A stretch of 64,000 bases of DNA from contig NW_021835985.1 in the NCBI RefSeq assembly GCF_006345805.1, forward strand, positions 1 to 64,000, given 5' to 3'. Each line of letters starts with the position of its first letter. Positions within the stretch are counted from its first letter, which is position 1. The translations under genes and the position numbers were made by a program. Under the pieces are notes generated by a model. It had not been told where the DNA came from, searched no databases, and worked only from the letters and a program-made list of their open reading frames with translations. Below are positions 50,508 through 63,177 of this stretch, one piece after another. This DNA comes from Octopus sinensis (taxonomy: Eukaryota).

Positions 50508-53500
50508 TGTCGTTGATGAACGACAGAGACCTTCTCTTTGTGGCTGGTGATTTCAATGGACATGTTGGACAACGTGCAGGGGGCTTCCGCAATGAGGAGG
50601 GAACCGGACTGCTGGAGTTCTGCGATGCAAATGACCTTATGGTTTGCAATACCAACTTCAGGAACCTGCCTGTCACCTAGTCACCTATCGTTCTAGCAGA
50701 CACACCAGCCAAATTGACTATATCCTTGCCAGAAAAAGGGAAAGAGGGCTGCTTATAAATGCCAAAACCTTCCCAGGCGAAGAATGTACCACTCAACATA
50801 GATTAGTAGTTAGTGACTTCAGGAACGGGGCTGAATGGATGCCCAGAAGAAGACCAGCCTGGAGGAGAAGGGTCTGGAGACTTAAAGATCCTGCAAATGA
50901 GCAGAGATTTAGAAACGTATTACTCGAAGCCCTCGATGAAATAGAAGGGGATATAGCATCACATAATGTGGAAGACAATTGGAGGTTTCTACGGGACAAC
51001 CTGCTGAGAGCCACTGACCAGATCTGTGGCTGGTGCAAAGTCCCCTCTCGACCCAAGGTAACGTGGTGGTGGAACAATGTGGTTGACAGGGCTATTAGAC
51101 AATAGAAACAGGCTTGGAAGGACTGGAAGAACGGAGGTAGCAGGGAATTGTATCAGACAGCCAAAAGGGAAGCTAGGAGACAGGTTTATTTAGCCAGATA
51201 AGGAAAAATTTGCCAATGTCCTGCACCGTGAGGATGAAAGACTTGAGGTATTTCGTGTTGCAAGACAGTGTGTGAGAGAGAATCGTGATGTGGTAGGAGA
51301 GAAATGTGTTCGCATGGATGATGGTTCACTTGCGCTAAATGAGGATGCAAAGAGAGAGGTTTGGAGACACCACAATGAAAGGTTGCTGAATAAAGAAAAT
51401 GAATGGGATAAAGAGAGGGACCAGCTATCCAAGTTGACAGTTCCATAGTAGTTAAGGCAATTAGAAGCATGTAGACAAGGAAAGCCCCAGGCCCACCAGG
51501 AATTACTGCAGAGATGCTTAAAATATCTAGTAGTGTCGGCTATAGCCTAGTCACCAGTATAGTTAACCAGGTGATACACGAAGGAGTCAGACCCAATGAC
51601 TGGTGTAGCAGCATAATAGTCAACTGCTACAAAGGTAAAGGTGACACTTTAGATACAAATAATTACAGAGGTATCAAGCTGTTGGATCAGGTAATGAAGG
51701 TTACGGAGAGGGTCATAGCCCAACTGATTAGAGAGAGAGTCAGTTTAGATGAGATGCAGTTTGGTTTCGTGCCAGGGAAAAGTACCACTGATGCTATATT
51801 CCTGGTAAGACAGCTGCAGGAGAAATACCTAACCAAAGATAAGCTCCTGTACCTGGCTTTCGTTGACATGGAGAAAGCCTTTGACAGAGTCCCCCAATCC
51901 CTTATCTGGTGGTCAATGAGGAAACTAGGGATAGATGAATGATTAGTGAGAGCTGTGAAAGCCATGTACAGGGATGTGGTTAGTAAGGTGAGGATTGGCA
52001 ACGAGTATACTAAAGAATTCCGGGTAGAGGTAAGAGTCCACCAAGGTTCAATCCTCAGCCCCCTCCTATTTATCATAGTCCTCCAGGCAATAACAGAGGA
52101 ATGCAAGACAGGATGCCCCTGGGAGCTCCTCTATGCTGACGACCTTGCTCTAATTGCTGAGTCGCTATCAGCACTGGAAGAGAAGTTTCAGGTGTGGAAG
52201 CAAGGATTAGAATCGAAGGGCCTTAGAGTCAACCTAGCTAAAACAAAAGTCCTAATAAGTAGGAAGGTAGACAAACCACAAACGCCTTCAGGTAGATGGC
52301 CCTGCTCGATCTGTAGAAAAGGCATAAGTAGAAACTCTATAAGATGCACCAAGTGTAAGCTATGGACACATAAGAGGTGCAGCAATGTCAAAGGAAGGCT
52401 AACTAGGAAGATAGTTTTTGTATGTGGCAGATGCTCAGGAACAATAAACACTGAAAATGCACAGAGACCAACTTCCGCCACATTCCAGGGAGAAAAACTA
52501 TAAATTGTTGATAGCTTCCGTTACCTAGGTGACCAAGTCAGTAGCGGGGGCGGGTGTGTTAAAAGTGTAACTGCTAGAGTAAGAATAGCCCGGGCAAAGT
52601 TCAGAGAGCTCTTACCTCTGCTGGTGACAAAAGGCCTCTCGCTCAGAGTAAAAGATAGACTGTATGACGCATGTGTATGAACAGCCATGCTACATGGCAG
52701 TGAAACATGGGCCGTGACTGCTGAGGATATGCGTAAGCTCATGAGGAATGAAGCAAGTATGCTCCGATGGAGGTGTAATATCAGTGTTCATACTCGACAG
52801 AGTGTAAGTACCTTGAGAGAAAAGTTGGACCTAAGAAGCATCAGTTGTGGTGTGCAAGAGAGACGTTTGCGCTGGTATGGTCATGTGGCGAGAATGGATG
52901 AAGATAGGTGTGTGAGAAAGTGCCAATCCCTAGTAGTTGAGGGAACTTGTGGAAGAGGTAGACCCAGGAAAACCTGGGACGAGGTGGTGAAGCACGACCT
53001 TCAAACATTAGGCCTCAGTGAGGCAATGACTAGTGACCAAGACATTTGGAAATATGCTGTGCGTGAGAAGATCCAGCAGGACAAGTGAGTCCATCCTGTG
53101 TCCCTTGCCAGCTCATTTGTGCATGCCTTTCCTTCCTTGGACATGCGAAGACCTGTTGAGGCAAGTGAAGTCGAAATTGAATTCGAAATCGAACCTCATC
53201 CGACGACTGGCACCCATGCCAACCTCCCTTCATTGGACACTAAACTCTGCTTGTGAAGATCTGTTGGGGCAAGTGAAATCGGAATCGAAATCGAAATCGA
53301 AATTGAACCAATCCTATGATTGGTACCCAGCACTTGCCAGTACCGCTGGACTGACTCCTGTGCAGGTGGCAAGTAAAGAAACACCGTTTTGACCCTGTGC
53401 TTGAAGAGACCTATTGAGTCAAGTACACCAGCATCAAAAATCAATGGAAATTGTAGTTGTGATCCCTGTGCCGGTGGCACGTAAAAAGCACCATTCAAAC

Positions 53501-53784
53501 GTGGCCGATGCCAGTGCCGCCTTGACTGGCTTTTGTGCCGGTGGCACATAAAAAGCACCAATCCGATTGTGGCCATTGCCAGCCTCGCCTGGCAGCTGTG
53601 CCGGTAGCACGTAAAAAGCACCCACTACACTCACGGAATGGTTGGTGTTAGGAAGGACATCCAGCTGCAGAAACACTGCCAGATCAGACTGGAACCTGGT
53701 GCAGCCTTCGGGCTTCCCAGATCCCGTTCAAACCGTCCAACCCATGCTAGCATGGAGAACGGACATTAAACGATGACGATGATG

Positions 53785-53786
<2 letters not shown>
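50508..53786 (+). mobile_element. Long RTE LINE (partial APE endonuclease, RT, PHD-type finger, 3' UTR), inactivated by stops
   Basis: VAGDFNGHVG, SQIDYIL, QHRLVV (endonuclease); NYRGIKLL, YADD (RT); tail gatgacgatgat. Confidence 0.96.
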
Positions 53787-53817
<31 letters not shown>

Positions 53818-54077
53818 ATAATAGAGTTATGGACACTCACATACAGAACATGAAGTTTCTGTGTCAACAATACAACAATCACTGCACTTCTTCAGCAGTC
53901 ACAAGTCCAGTGTCCATAGCACCATCAATTATAAACATTCAGTTATCAATATATGTATATTTTTCCTGCCTTTAACCTCCCAATGCAGAGTGTAGGACGC
54001 TTAGAGTTGAATTCCATGTCACATAATTTTTCGCTTCTGTACTAATACTCTGCCATGAATTTCCCACTTTATATATA

Positions 54078-56180
54078 TCATCATCATCATCATCGTTTAA
54101 TGTCTGCTTTCCATGCTGTCATGGGTTGGACAGTTTGACTGGGAACTGGTGAGCCAGATGGCTGCTCCAGGCTCCAATCTGATCTGGCAGAGTTTCTACA
54201 GCTGGATGCCCTTCCTAAGGCCAACCACTCCGTGAGTGTAGTGGATGCTTTTACATGCCACCGGCACAAGGGCCAGTCAGGCGGTACTGGCAATGGCCAT
54301 GTTCAAATCATGTTTTTTACGTGTCACCTGCGCAGGAGCCAGTCGAAAGGCACAGGCAACGTCCTCGCTCAAATGTTGTTTTCACGTACCACCAGCACAA
54401 ATGCCAGTAAGGCAACGCTGGTAATGATCACACTTGGATGATGCTGTCATTGAATTTGATTTTGATTTCACTTGTCTCAACAGGTCTTCGCAAGCAGAGT
54501 TTAGTGTCCAATGAAAGAAAGGTACGCCTAAGTGGGCTGGTTACACTACTGGCATAGGCTACGGGTTATGGACTCACTTGTCCTGCCGGGTGTTCTCAAG
54601 CACAGCATATTTCCAAAGGCCTCGGTCACTAGTCATTGCCTCACTGAGGCCTAATGTTCGAAGGTCGTGCTTCAATACCTCATCCCAGGTTTTCCTGGGT
54701 CTACCTCTTCCACAGGTTCCCTCGTGACACTTTTTCACACAGCTGTCCTCATCCTTTCACACCACATGACCATACCAACATAGTCGTCTCTCTTGCACAC
54801 TACATCTAATGCTTCTTAGGTTCAACTTTTCTCTCAAGGTACTTACACTCTGTCGAGTATGAACACTGACGTTACACATCCATCAGAGCATACTGGCTTC
54901 ATTCCTTGCGAGCTTACGCATATCCTCAGCAGTCACAGCCATGTTTCACTGCCATGTATCATGGCTGTTTGTACACATGCGTCATACAGTCTATCTTTTA
55001 CTCTGAGCAAGAGGCCTTTTGTCACCAGCAGAGGTAGGAGCTCTCTGAACTTAGCCCAGGTTATTCTTATTCTAACAGCTACTCCAGTTACTGACTTGGT
55101 CACCTAGGTAACGGAAGCTATCAACTACTTCTAGTTTTTCTCTCTGGAATCTGGCAGATGTTCCCTGCACATTTTCAGTGTTTATTGCTCCTGAGCATCT
55201 GCCATATACAAAATTATCTTCCTAGCTAGCCTTCCTTTGATATTGCTGCACCTCTTATGTATCCATAGCTTACACTGGGTACATCTTATAGAATTTCTAC
55301 CTACACATTTCCTACAGATCGAGCAGGGCTATCTACCTGAAGGGATTTGTGGTTTGTCTGCCTTCCTACTTATTAGGACTTTTGTTTTAGCTAGGTTGAC
55401 TCTAAGGCCCTTCGATCGCTAATCCTTGCTTCCACACCTGAAACTTCTCTAGTTCTGATAATGACACAGCAATTAGAGCAAGGTCGTCAGCATAGAGTAG
55501 CTCCCATGGGCAGCCTGTCTTGAATTCCTCTGTTATTGCCTGGAGGTCTATGATAAATAGGAGGGGGCTGAGTACTGAACCTTGGTGGACCCCTACCTCT
55601 ACCTGGAATTCTTCACTGTATTCAATGCCAATCCTCACCTTACTGACAGCATCCCTATACATGGCTCGCATAGCTCTCACTAACGATTCATCTTATCCCT
55701 AGTTTCCTCATTGACCACCAGCTAAGGGATCGGGAGACCCTATCAAAGGTTTTCTCCATGTCAACGAAAGCCAGGTACAGGAGCTTATCTTTGGTTAGGT
55801 ATTTCTCCAGCAGCTGTCTTACCAGGAATATAGCATCAGTGGTACTTTTCCCTGGCACGAAACCAAACTGCATCTCATCTATACTGACTCTCTTCCTAAT
55901 TAGTTGGGCTATGACCCTCTCCGTAACTTTCATTACCTGATCTAACAACTTGATACCTCTGTAATTATTTGTATCTAAAGCGTCACCTTTTCCTTTGTAG
56001 CAGTTGACTATTATGCTGCTACACCAGTCATTGGGTCTGACGCCTTCGTGTATCACCTGGTTAACAATAGGGTGACCAGGCTATAGCCGACATGACCAGA
56101 TATTTTGAGCATCTCTGCAGTGGTTCCTGATGGGCCTGGGGCTTTCGCTGTCTTCATACTCTTAATTGCTTTATCTACCA
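54078..56180 (-). mobile_element. 5'-truncated RTE LINE, tail-to-tail with the previous copy
   Basis: ORFs 55688-56056 and 55402-55680; (CAT)n at 54078. Confidence 0.94.
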
Positions 56181-56181
56181 A

Positions 56182-56202
<21 letters not shown>

Positions 56203-56212
<10 letters not shown>

Positions 56213-56516
56213 TATTTGAGACAAAACCACTATTTTGCAAAACAAACAAGGAAAGACTTAATCAATACATAAAATTTAATAAATAGTCAAAAAAACCGCC
56301 ACTACAATCGTTTCTTGTCTTGATCGACAATCTTCAGGTGGACTTCCAATAATTCAGTTACAACTGAATTATTGGAAGTCCACCTGAAGATTGTCGATCA
56401 AGACAAGAACGATTGTAGTGGCGGTTTTTTTGACTATTTATTAATTTTATGTATTGATTAAGTCTTTCCTTGTTTGTTTTGCAAAATAGTGGTTTTGTCT
56501 CAAATAATATTTTATA
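56203..56516. mobile_element. Long palindrome (about 155-bp arms) with a hammerhead motif in each arm; Penelope-like inverted pLTR remnant
   Basis: Centre cagtt-aca-actg near 56360; ccac-CTGAAGA-ttgtc gatcaa gacaa-GAAAcgattgtA-gtgg. Confidence 0.8.
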
Positions 56517-56595
56517 ATATTTTACTATAAAATTGGATTTAATCCTAAATCTGATTTTTTTTCCCTGTAAATTTGGATATATTCCCTAATATTAT

Positions 56596-56636
<41 letters not shown>

Positions 56637-57430
56637 AACAAACATGGCTATATGTTTAAGAGGCTTGCTTCCAAACATGTGGTCTTGTCTAGTGTTCAGT
56701 CTCACTGAGTAGCACCTTGAGCAAGTGTCCCCTGCTATAGCCAAACCCTTGTGAGTGGATTTGCTGTATGGAAACTGATAGAAGCCTGCTGTATATATGT
56801 GTGATATTTTTCATGCCTGGCCATGAGTAAACATTATCCTGCTTGGAGTGGTTGGATGTTAGGAAGGGCATAGAAGCCAAGTCAAAACCAAACTGGAGCC
56901 TGGTACAGCTCTCCAGCTTACCAGTTCCAGTCAAACCATCCAACCCATGCCAGCATGGAAAGTGGACATTAAATGACAATGATATGATGATAATATATAT
57001 ATATATATATATATTTATCCCATCATTAGCATCTTCATTGTCATTTAATGTCCACTTTTCCATGCTTGCATTGGTTAGACAGAATTTGTTGGGGCAGATT
57101 TTCTATGGCTCGATACCTTTCCTGTTATCAACACTCACTTGTTTTCTAGCATGATGTTTACCCATGGCCAGGCATATGTTTTATAGACGTTGGTTCACAA
57201 CCATCACATGATGTCACATACACAAATACATACATATATACAGCAGGCTACTTTCAGTTTCCATATATCAAATCCATTCACAAGGGTTTAGCTATAATAA
57301 GAGATACTTGCTCAAGGTGCTGCACAGTGGGACTGAACCCTAGATAAGACCACATGTTTAGGAAGCAAGATTCTTAACCATGTAGCCATGTTTGCGCACA
57401 CGCGTGTGTGTGTGTGTGTGTATATATATA

Positions 57431-57642
57431 TATCTGTAAAATAATATGTGACAATTATTCGGTAGCCAAGATAAAACTCTGAGTTTCGGATGCCGAGGTG
57501 GAAATCCACACCACCATCTCTTCGGTTATCTGGCCATCTCCAGATAACCGAAGAGATGGTGGTGTGGATTTCCACCTCTGCATCCGAAACTCAGAGTTTT
57601 ATCTTGGCTATTGAATAATTGTCACATATTATTTTACAGATA
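57431..57642. mobile_element. Palindrome (about 100-bp arms) with a variant hammerhead motif; Penelope-like remnant
   Basis: gataa-CCGAAGA-gatg...catcc-GAAACTCAGAGTT-ttatc in both arms. Confidence 0.72.
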
Positions 57643-57734
57643 AATTTCCTCTATTTACATAATATTGAGGTCTCTTTCTTTCTTTTGTTATCTTACCGTT
57701 TTTACCAATATATATATATATATACACACACATA

Positions 57735-59088
57735 AGCGGCACCCAGATATCCTCCATGGGGTGCATGAGGGACATGGAATTGGTTCCCAAAATGAGAAGT
57801 ATATAAAGCTGCTGAAATTCTGTCACACAAATGACCTAATGATCTGCAACATCAGAAAGCCAGCAAGTCACTTGATAACCTATAAAGCCAGATTGACTAC
57901 ATTCTCACCAGAAAGCAGACAAATCACAAATCCCCTAAGGTAGATAGCCCTGCTCAATCTGTAGAAAAGGCATAGGTAGAAACTCAATAAGATGTACCCA
58001 GTGTGAGCTATAGATACATAAGAGGTGCAGCAATATCAGAGGAAGTTAACTTGGAAAATAGTTTTTGTGTGTGTAAGGTGTACGGGTACAATAAACACCA
58101 CAAATGCACAGAAAATAGATGCCATCAAATGCCAGGCAGGTAAGTGGAGGTGGATGCTCCAAGAGAATAGCTATAAGAATAACAATAGGATGGGCAAAGT
58201 TCGGAGTGTTCCTATCTCTGTTGGTACCAAAGGGCCTCGCCCTCAGAGTGAAAGGCAGACTGTATGATGCCTGTGTTTGAACAGTTGTGCTACATGGCAG
58301 TAAAACACAGGCTATGACTACCAAGGACATGTGTAATCTTGAAAGAAATGAAGCAGGGTATGCTTTGCTGGATGTGCAAAGTCAGTGTGCATGTATGACA
58401 GAGTGTAAGCATCTTGAGAGAAAAGCTGGGCATAAGAGGCATCAGATGTGATGTGCAAGGGAGACAACTGCATTTATATAGTCATATGATGCATCTGGAT
58501 GAGGACAACTGTGTAAAGAAGTGCCAATCTCTAACTGTGAAGGGAACCTGTGGAAGAGGTAGACCAGGAAGACATGGAATGAGGTGGTGAAGCATGGTCT
58601 TCAAATGTTGGGCTTCATGGAGATGATGACAAGTGACTGAGAGCTCTGGCAATATGCTGTGTGTAAGAGGACTCGTCAGGTCAAGTAAAATCATAGTTGT
58701 GGCTATGCTAGTGCCATGTAAATAACACCCAATGCATTGAGGTCATGGTCATTCATGGCATCTGTATATCATAGTCATAGTCATTGATGGTGTCCTGAAA
58801 ATTGGTATCCAGGAATCGTTGTCATTGACAGTGCCATGTAAATGGCACCTGTGAGTTTTTGTTACTGGTGCCATGCAAACGGCACCCATGAATTGTAGTC
58901 ATGGTTGCATGTAAAAGTATCCATTACACTCCTGTAAAAGTATCCATTACAGTTAGAGATTGGCATCCAACAGTAGAAACCATGCCAAATCAGACTGGAA
59001 CTTGGTGCAGCTCTCCAGCTCATCAGTTCCAGTCAAACGGTCTAAACGATGCCAGCATGGAGAGTGGATGTTGAATGATGATGATAAT
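57735..59088 (+). mobile_element. Older, internally deleted RTE LINE
   Basis: Endonuclease remnant (LKFCHTNDLMICN) fused to finger and C-terminal region; decayed tail cagcatggagagtggatgttgaatgatgatg. Confidence 0.8.
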
Positions 59089-59580
59089 GAACATTTTTGA
59101 CATATTTTGCTTTCTTATTATTTTGGTAAAGGCAAGAAAGTTGCTGAGGTTCACAAAGAGATATGTGAAGTTTATGGTGTTGATTGCTTAACAGAATGCA
59201 GATGTCAGAAATGGTTTTAAAAATTCCATTCTGGAGATTTTTCACTCAAAGGTAACCAATGTTTTGGTCAACCTACAGAAGTTGATGATGACTGTATCAA
59301 AGCTATAATTTAATTTAATTGCCATATAACTGTGTGAGAGATTGCAGAGAGGTTAAATGTATCATACATAACAATTGAAAATCATTTAAAATGTCTCGGA
59401 CTTGTTAAGAAGCTTGACATTTGGGTTCCACAGAAATTGAATGAGATTCACTCAACACAATGAATCAACATTTGCGATATGTATTTAAAACACAATGAAA
59501 TCGACCTGTTTTTGAAACAAATCATCACAGGTGATGAAAAATGGATTGTCTACAATAAGATCAATCGAAAACAATCATGG
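59087..59580 (+). mobile_element. Mariner (DD34D-type) transposase pseudogene, 5' half
   Basis: CQKWF.KFHSGDFSLK, WVPQ, FLKQIITGDEKWIVYN. Confidence 0.88.
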
Positions 59581-60597
59581 CAAGCTGTGATGGTGGCTTT
59601 GGAGGCTAAACATGGTGATTTAGAAATTTCTTGTTTTCTGAAAGTTGCAAGATCTTTTGTCTACAAGATTTGGTAGGAGTTAGAGGAAGCGTATTACCTG
59701 TATCAAAACATAAAAAAACATTCCACACATTCTGATTCTATCAGGACACCTGAATTTATTCAAGAAGTTAAGCAAAACATTGAAAACAATCCAGGAAAAT
59801 CAATGAGGTCAATTGCAAAAAAAATTTTCTGTGTCAGAAAAATAATCAGAAATGTTGTGCGTGAAGGTATCTGATACAAATCTTACATGATGAGGAGAGG
59901 TCAATTAATGTCAGAAAAATCAAAAGAAAACTGCTTAATCAGAATCAAAAGATTTTTGAACAAGCTTAAATATCCATCAGAAGATGGTATGATTTGGTTT
60001 TTCTCAGATGAGAAAACTTTGACCAGGACCAGAAAACTAACAGATAACAGGTGGCTATGTACAGACACTTCTGAGGTTCCAAGAGTAATGCATACAAAAC
60101 TTCCTGCAAGTGTCATGTTTTTGGATGCTGTTAACAATGAAGGACATGTGATGCCTCCTCACTTTTTTCTACAAGGCCTTAGGATGAATACTGCTGTATA
60201 TATTGAGGTTCTGGATAAAGTTGTTAAGCTTTGGATCAACAGTGTTTACAATGGAAGGCCTTATATCTCTAAAGATCTCAATCCACTGGATTACTTTGTA
60301 TGGAGCATTGTCGAGAAAAATGTCAATGAACACCCCCATAGCACTAAAGATTCTTTGAAAGCCACCATAGTTCGAGTCGTTCAATATGAACAAGGACAAT
60401 TTAATCTGAGATTGTAAATGATTTCGACCCCATGTAGAGGCAGTTATTGATGCTTATGGTGGTTTTATTGAATGAAATTATTAAAATAATAATTTAGATT
60501 TATGTTTATGTTATTTTTCTAAAAATACAGTTTCTTTCTGTTATTATATAAGTGTTTTTTAAAAAGCATAAATCTGTCCTCAAATACCATCTGCACT
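59581..60597 (+). mobile_element. Second Tc1/mariner-superfamily transposase pseudogene (maT/DD37D-like), internally deleted
   Basis: WFFSDEK, TKLPASVM, GHVMPPHFF, SKDLNPLDYFVWSIVE. Confidence 0.78.
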
Positions 60598-60614
60598 GTG
60601 TGTGTGTGTGTGTA

Positions 60615-60670
<56 letters not shown>

Positions 60671-60969
60671 ATGCACAGGCATGGTTGCGTAAAAGAGGCT
60701 TACTTTCTGACCACTGGTTGCAGGTTCAGTCCTGCTATGTGACAGCCTTAGATTGATCAAAATCTTGTGAGGAGATTTGATGCACAGAAGCTGAAAGTAG
60801 CCCATCGTATGTGTACATATATGTGTGTATGTGTGTGTGCACACGTGCGTGGGTCTTTTGTTTTGTGTTGTGTGATAACTGTAAATGATTGTCACTATCA
60901 CAGAAGCAGTGTCATTCATTTCCAATATTCTGCAAGAACATGATAAACAAGTTCTTGCAGAATATTGGT

Positions 60970-62500
60970 CTCAGTCTCTTGCCATCTGAAGATCCGTCAC
61001 CACTTCACCCCACATCTTCCTGAGTCTGCCCCTTCCATATGTTCCTTCCACGATTAGAAATCATCACTTCTTTATGCAGCTATCCACCTCCATATGCATA
61101 ACATGATCATATCAGTGCAGTCTTCCCTCTTTCACACTACAACTGATGCCCCTGAAACCTAGTTTTTCTCTTAAATCCTTTACTGACATTATCCATCCAG
61201 CAGAGCATGCTGGCTTCAATCCTTTCAACCCTTCTCATGTCCTCTGCAGTCACAGCCCATGTTTCACTGCCAGGTAACATAGCTGTATGTACACAGGCAT
61301 AATACAATCTGCTTTTACATTCTTAGTATTTATTGTACCTGCACATTTGCCACACACAAAGACTACTTTCATTGTTAGCCTTCCTGTGACACCAATACAG
61401 CTCTTATGTGTCCAAAGCTTGCACTGAGTACAACATATGGAGTTTTTACCAACACCCTTCTTACATATCCAAGCAAAGCCATTTCTCTGAAGAGACTTGT
61501 GATTTGTCTAAGGCCTTTAGATTCCAGACTTTGCTTCCATACCTGAAATTTCCTCTCTAGTTTGGGTAGTAATTCAGTTATAAAAACAAGATCATCAGCA
61601 TAGAGGAGCTCCCAAGGGATCTTAAATCCCTCTGTTATTGCTTGGTGGATTATGATAAACAAAAGGGGGATGAGAACTGATCCTTGGTGAACTCCTACTA
61701 AATTCATTGCTATACTCATTATCAACCTTCACCTTACTGACATCATTCTGTACATGTATTGTACACTCATCTATCCCTAGCTTTTGCATTGACCAGTAGA
61801 TAAGGGAGCAGGGGACCCTGACAAAGGTTTTCTATATGTCAACAAAAGTCAAATACAGGTTTATTCTTGGCTACATGTTTCTCCTACCAGGAAGATAGCA
61901 TGAGTAGTGCTTCTACCAGGTACAAAACCAAACTGCATCTCATCGAAGCTAACTCTCTTATTAGTTGAACCTAATTAGTTGAACTATGACCATCCCTGTA
62001 ACTTTCATCATCTGGTCCACCAATTTGATACCTCTGTAATTGTTTCTATCTAAGGTGTCACCTTTACCATTGTAGCAGTTACTGCTACACCAGCCATTGG
62101 GTATGACTCCATTGTTGATAACCTGATTAACTCTACAGATAACTAGGCCATATCAGCAGTGATTTCTGAAGGGCTAGGGGCTTTCTTTGCTTTCATATCT
62201 TCAATTGCTTTATCAGTCAAGCTACTGTCTATTTGGATAGCTGGTTCCTCTGTTGGATCCACATTGGACAGACTCCTCTTCTCACATGTGTTCTCAACAT
62301 TTAACAGCCTCACATAGTGGAATCTCCAAGTCTCTTTCTTTGCAGAATAACTAACTGCAAATGCACTCTTCTCTCCTACAGCATCGCAATTCTCTCTGAT
62401 ACACTGTCTTGCAATCCCAAACACCTCAAGTCCCTGGTCCTCATGCTGCAGAACACCAGCAGACTTCTTTCTTTCTACTTCTCCTGTGGCTAAATATACC
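60970..62500 (-). mobile_element. Decayed RTE LINE
   Basis: GVHQGSVLIPLLF, PWELLYADDL, ARQCIREN, KAPSPSEITA. Confidence 0.85.
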
Positions 62501-62568
62501 TAGTATATATTACATATACAGACACATACATATATGCACAGAATAAACAAGCAGACAATGATACAAAC

Positions 62569-62751
62569 CTGTCAATATAGTCGTCAACTACGACGTCCTT
62601 GGAAGTCCCCGTAATACCATCATGGTGCTGAAACAGTGCAATGTTCCGTCGAGCATTAACCAGACTCTGCATGAACTCTATGAGAGGGAATTTGATGCCA
62701 TCATGTATCTTAAGATACCGACTGACCAGAAAGAAAAGGATCTCAGCGCTC
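62569..62751 (-). CDS. Alpha-mannosidase II coding exon (GH38 middle domain); upstream exons lie beyond the window
   Basis: tatacag| SAEILFF...ARRNIALFQHHDGITGTSKDVVVDDYID(R) |gtttgt; FQHHDxITGT motif. Confidence 0.95.
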
Positions 62752-62894
62752 CTGTATAACAGACACAATACAAGATATAAAGCACATGCCTGACACCTGA
62801 CATTTCATAAAAATGCATCCCATGAATGTAAGCTAAATCAAGGCAACTAAAAAAGCAATGTCACAGCACACACCACCTACAAATGCTATAAAGA

Positions 62895-63177
62895 CAGTGG
62901 TTCTCAACCAGGGTCCATATAAAACCAGAGGCCATGCAGCAAAATAGTAAATTAGGGATCTACAACAGTATTTTGAAGGCCCCTGAAAGAATTTTGCTTT
63001 AGATATATGTATTGGTAAGTATTGCAGAAACAGTTAGGTTTCTTTCTCTAACATTTTACGTAGTTCAACCGACACAAGTCAATGTGTGAAAAACAAAACT
63101 TTGAATGGCTATGGGGGTCCACCAGAATAAAATAGTAATCAAATGTGTCCACAGGTAAAAAATGGTTGAGAACTCTT
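62895..63177. mobile_element. hAT/Charlie-type MITE remnant
   Basis: Termini cagtggttctcaacc ... ggttgagaactct; internal ggggtcc motifs. Confidence 0.7.

Noticed and set aside
50508-53786. Active autonomous LINE
   Set aside because: 5' part of the endonuclease is missing and the ORF has several stops and frameshifts.
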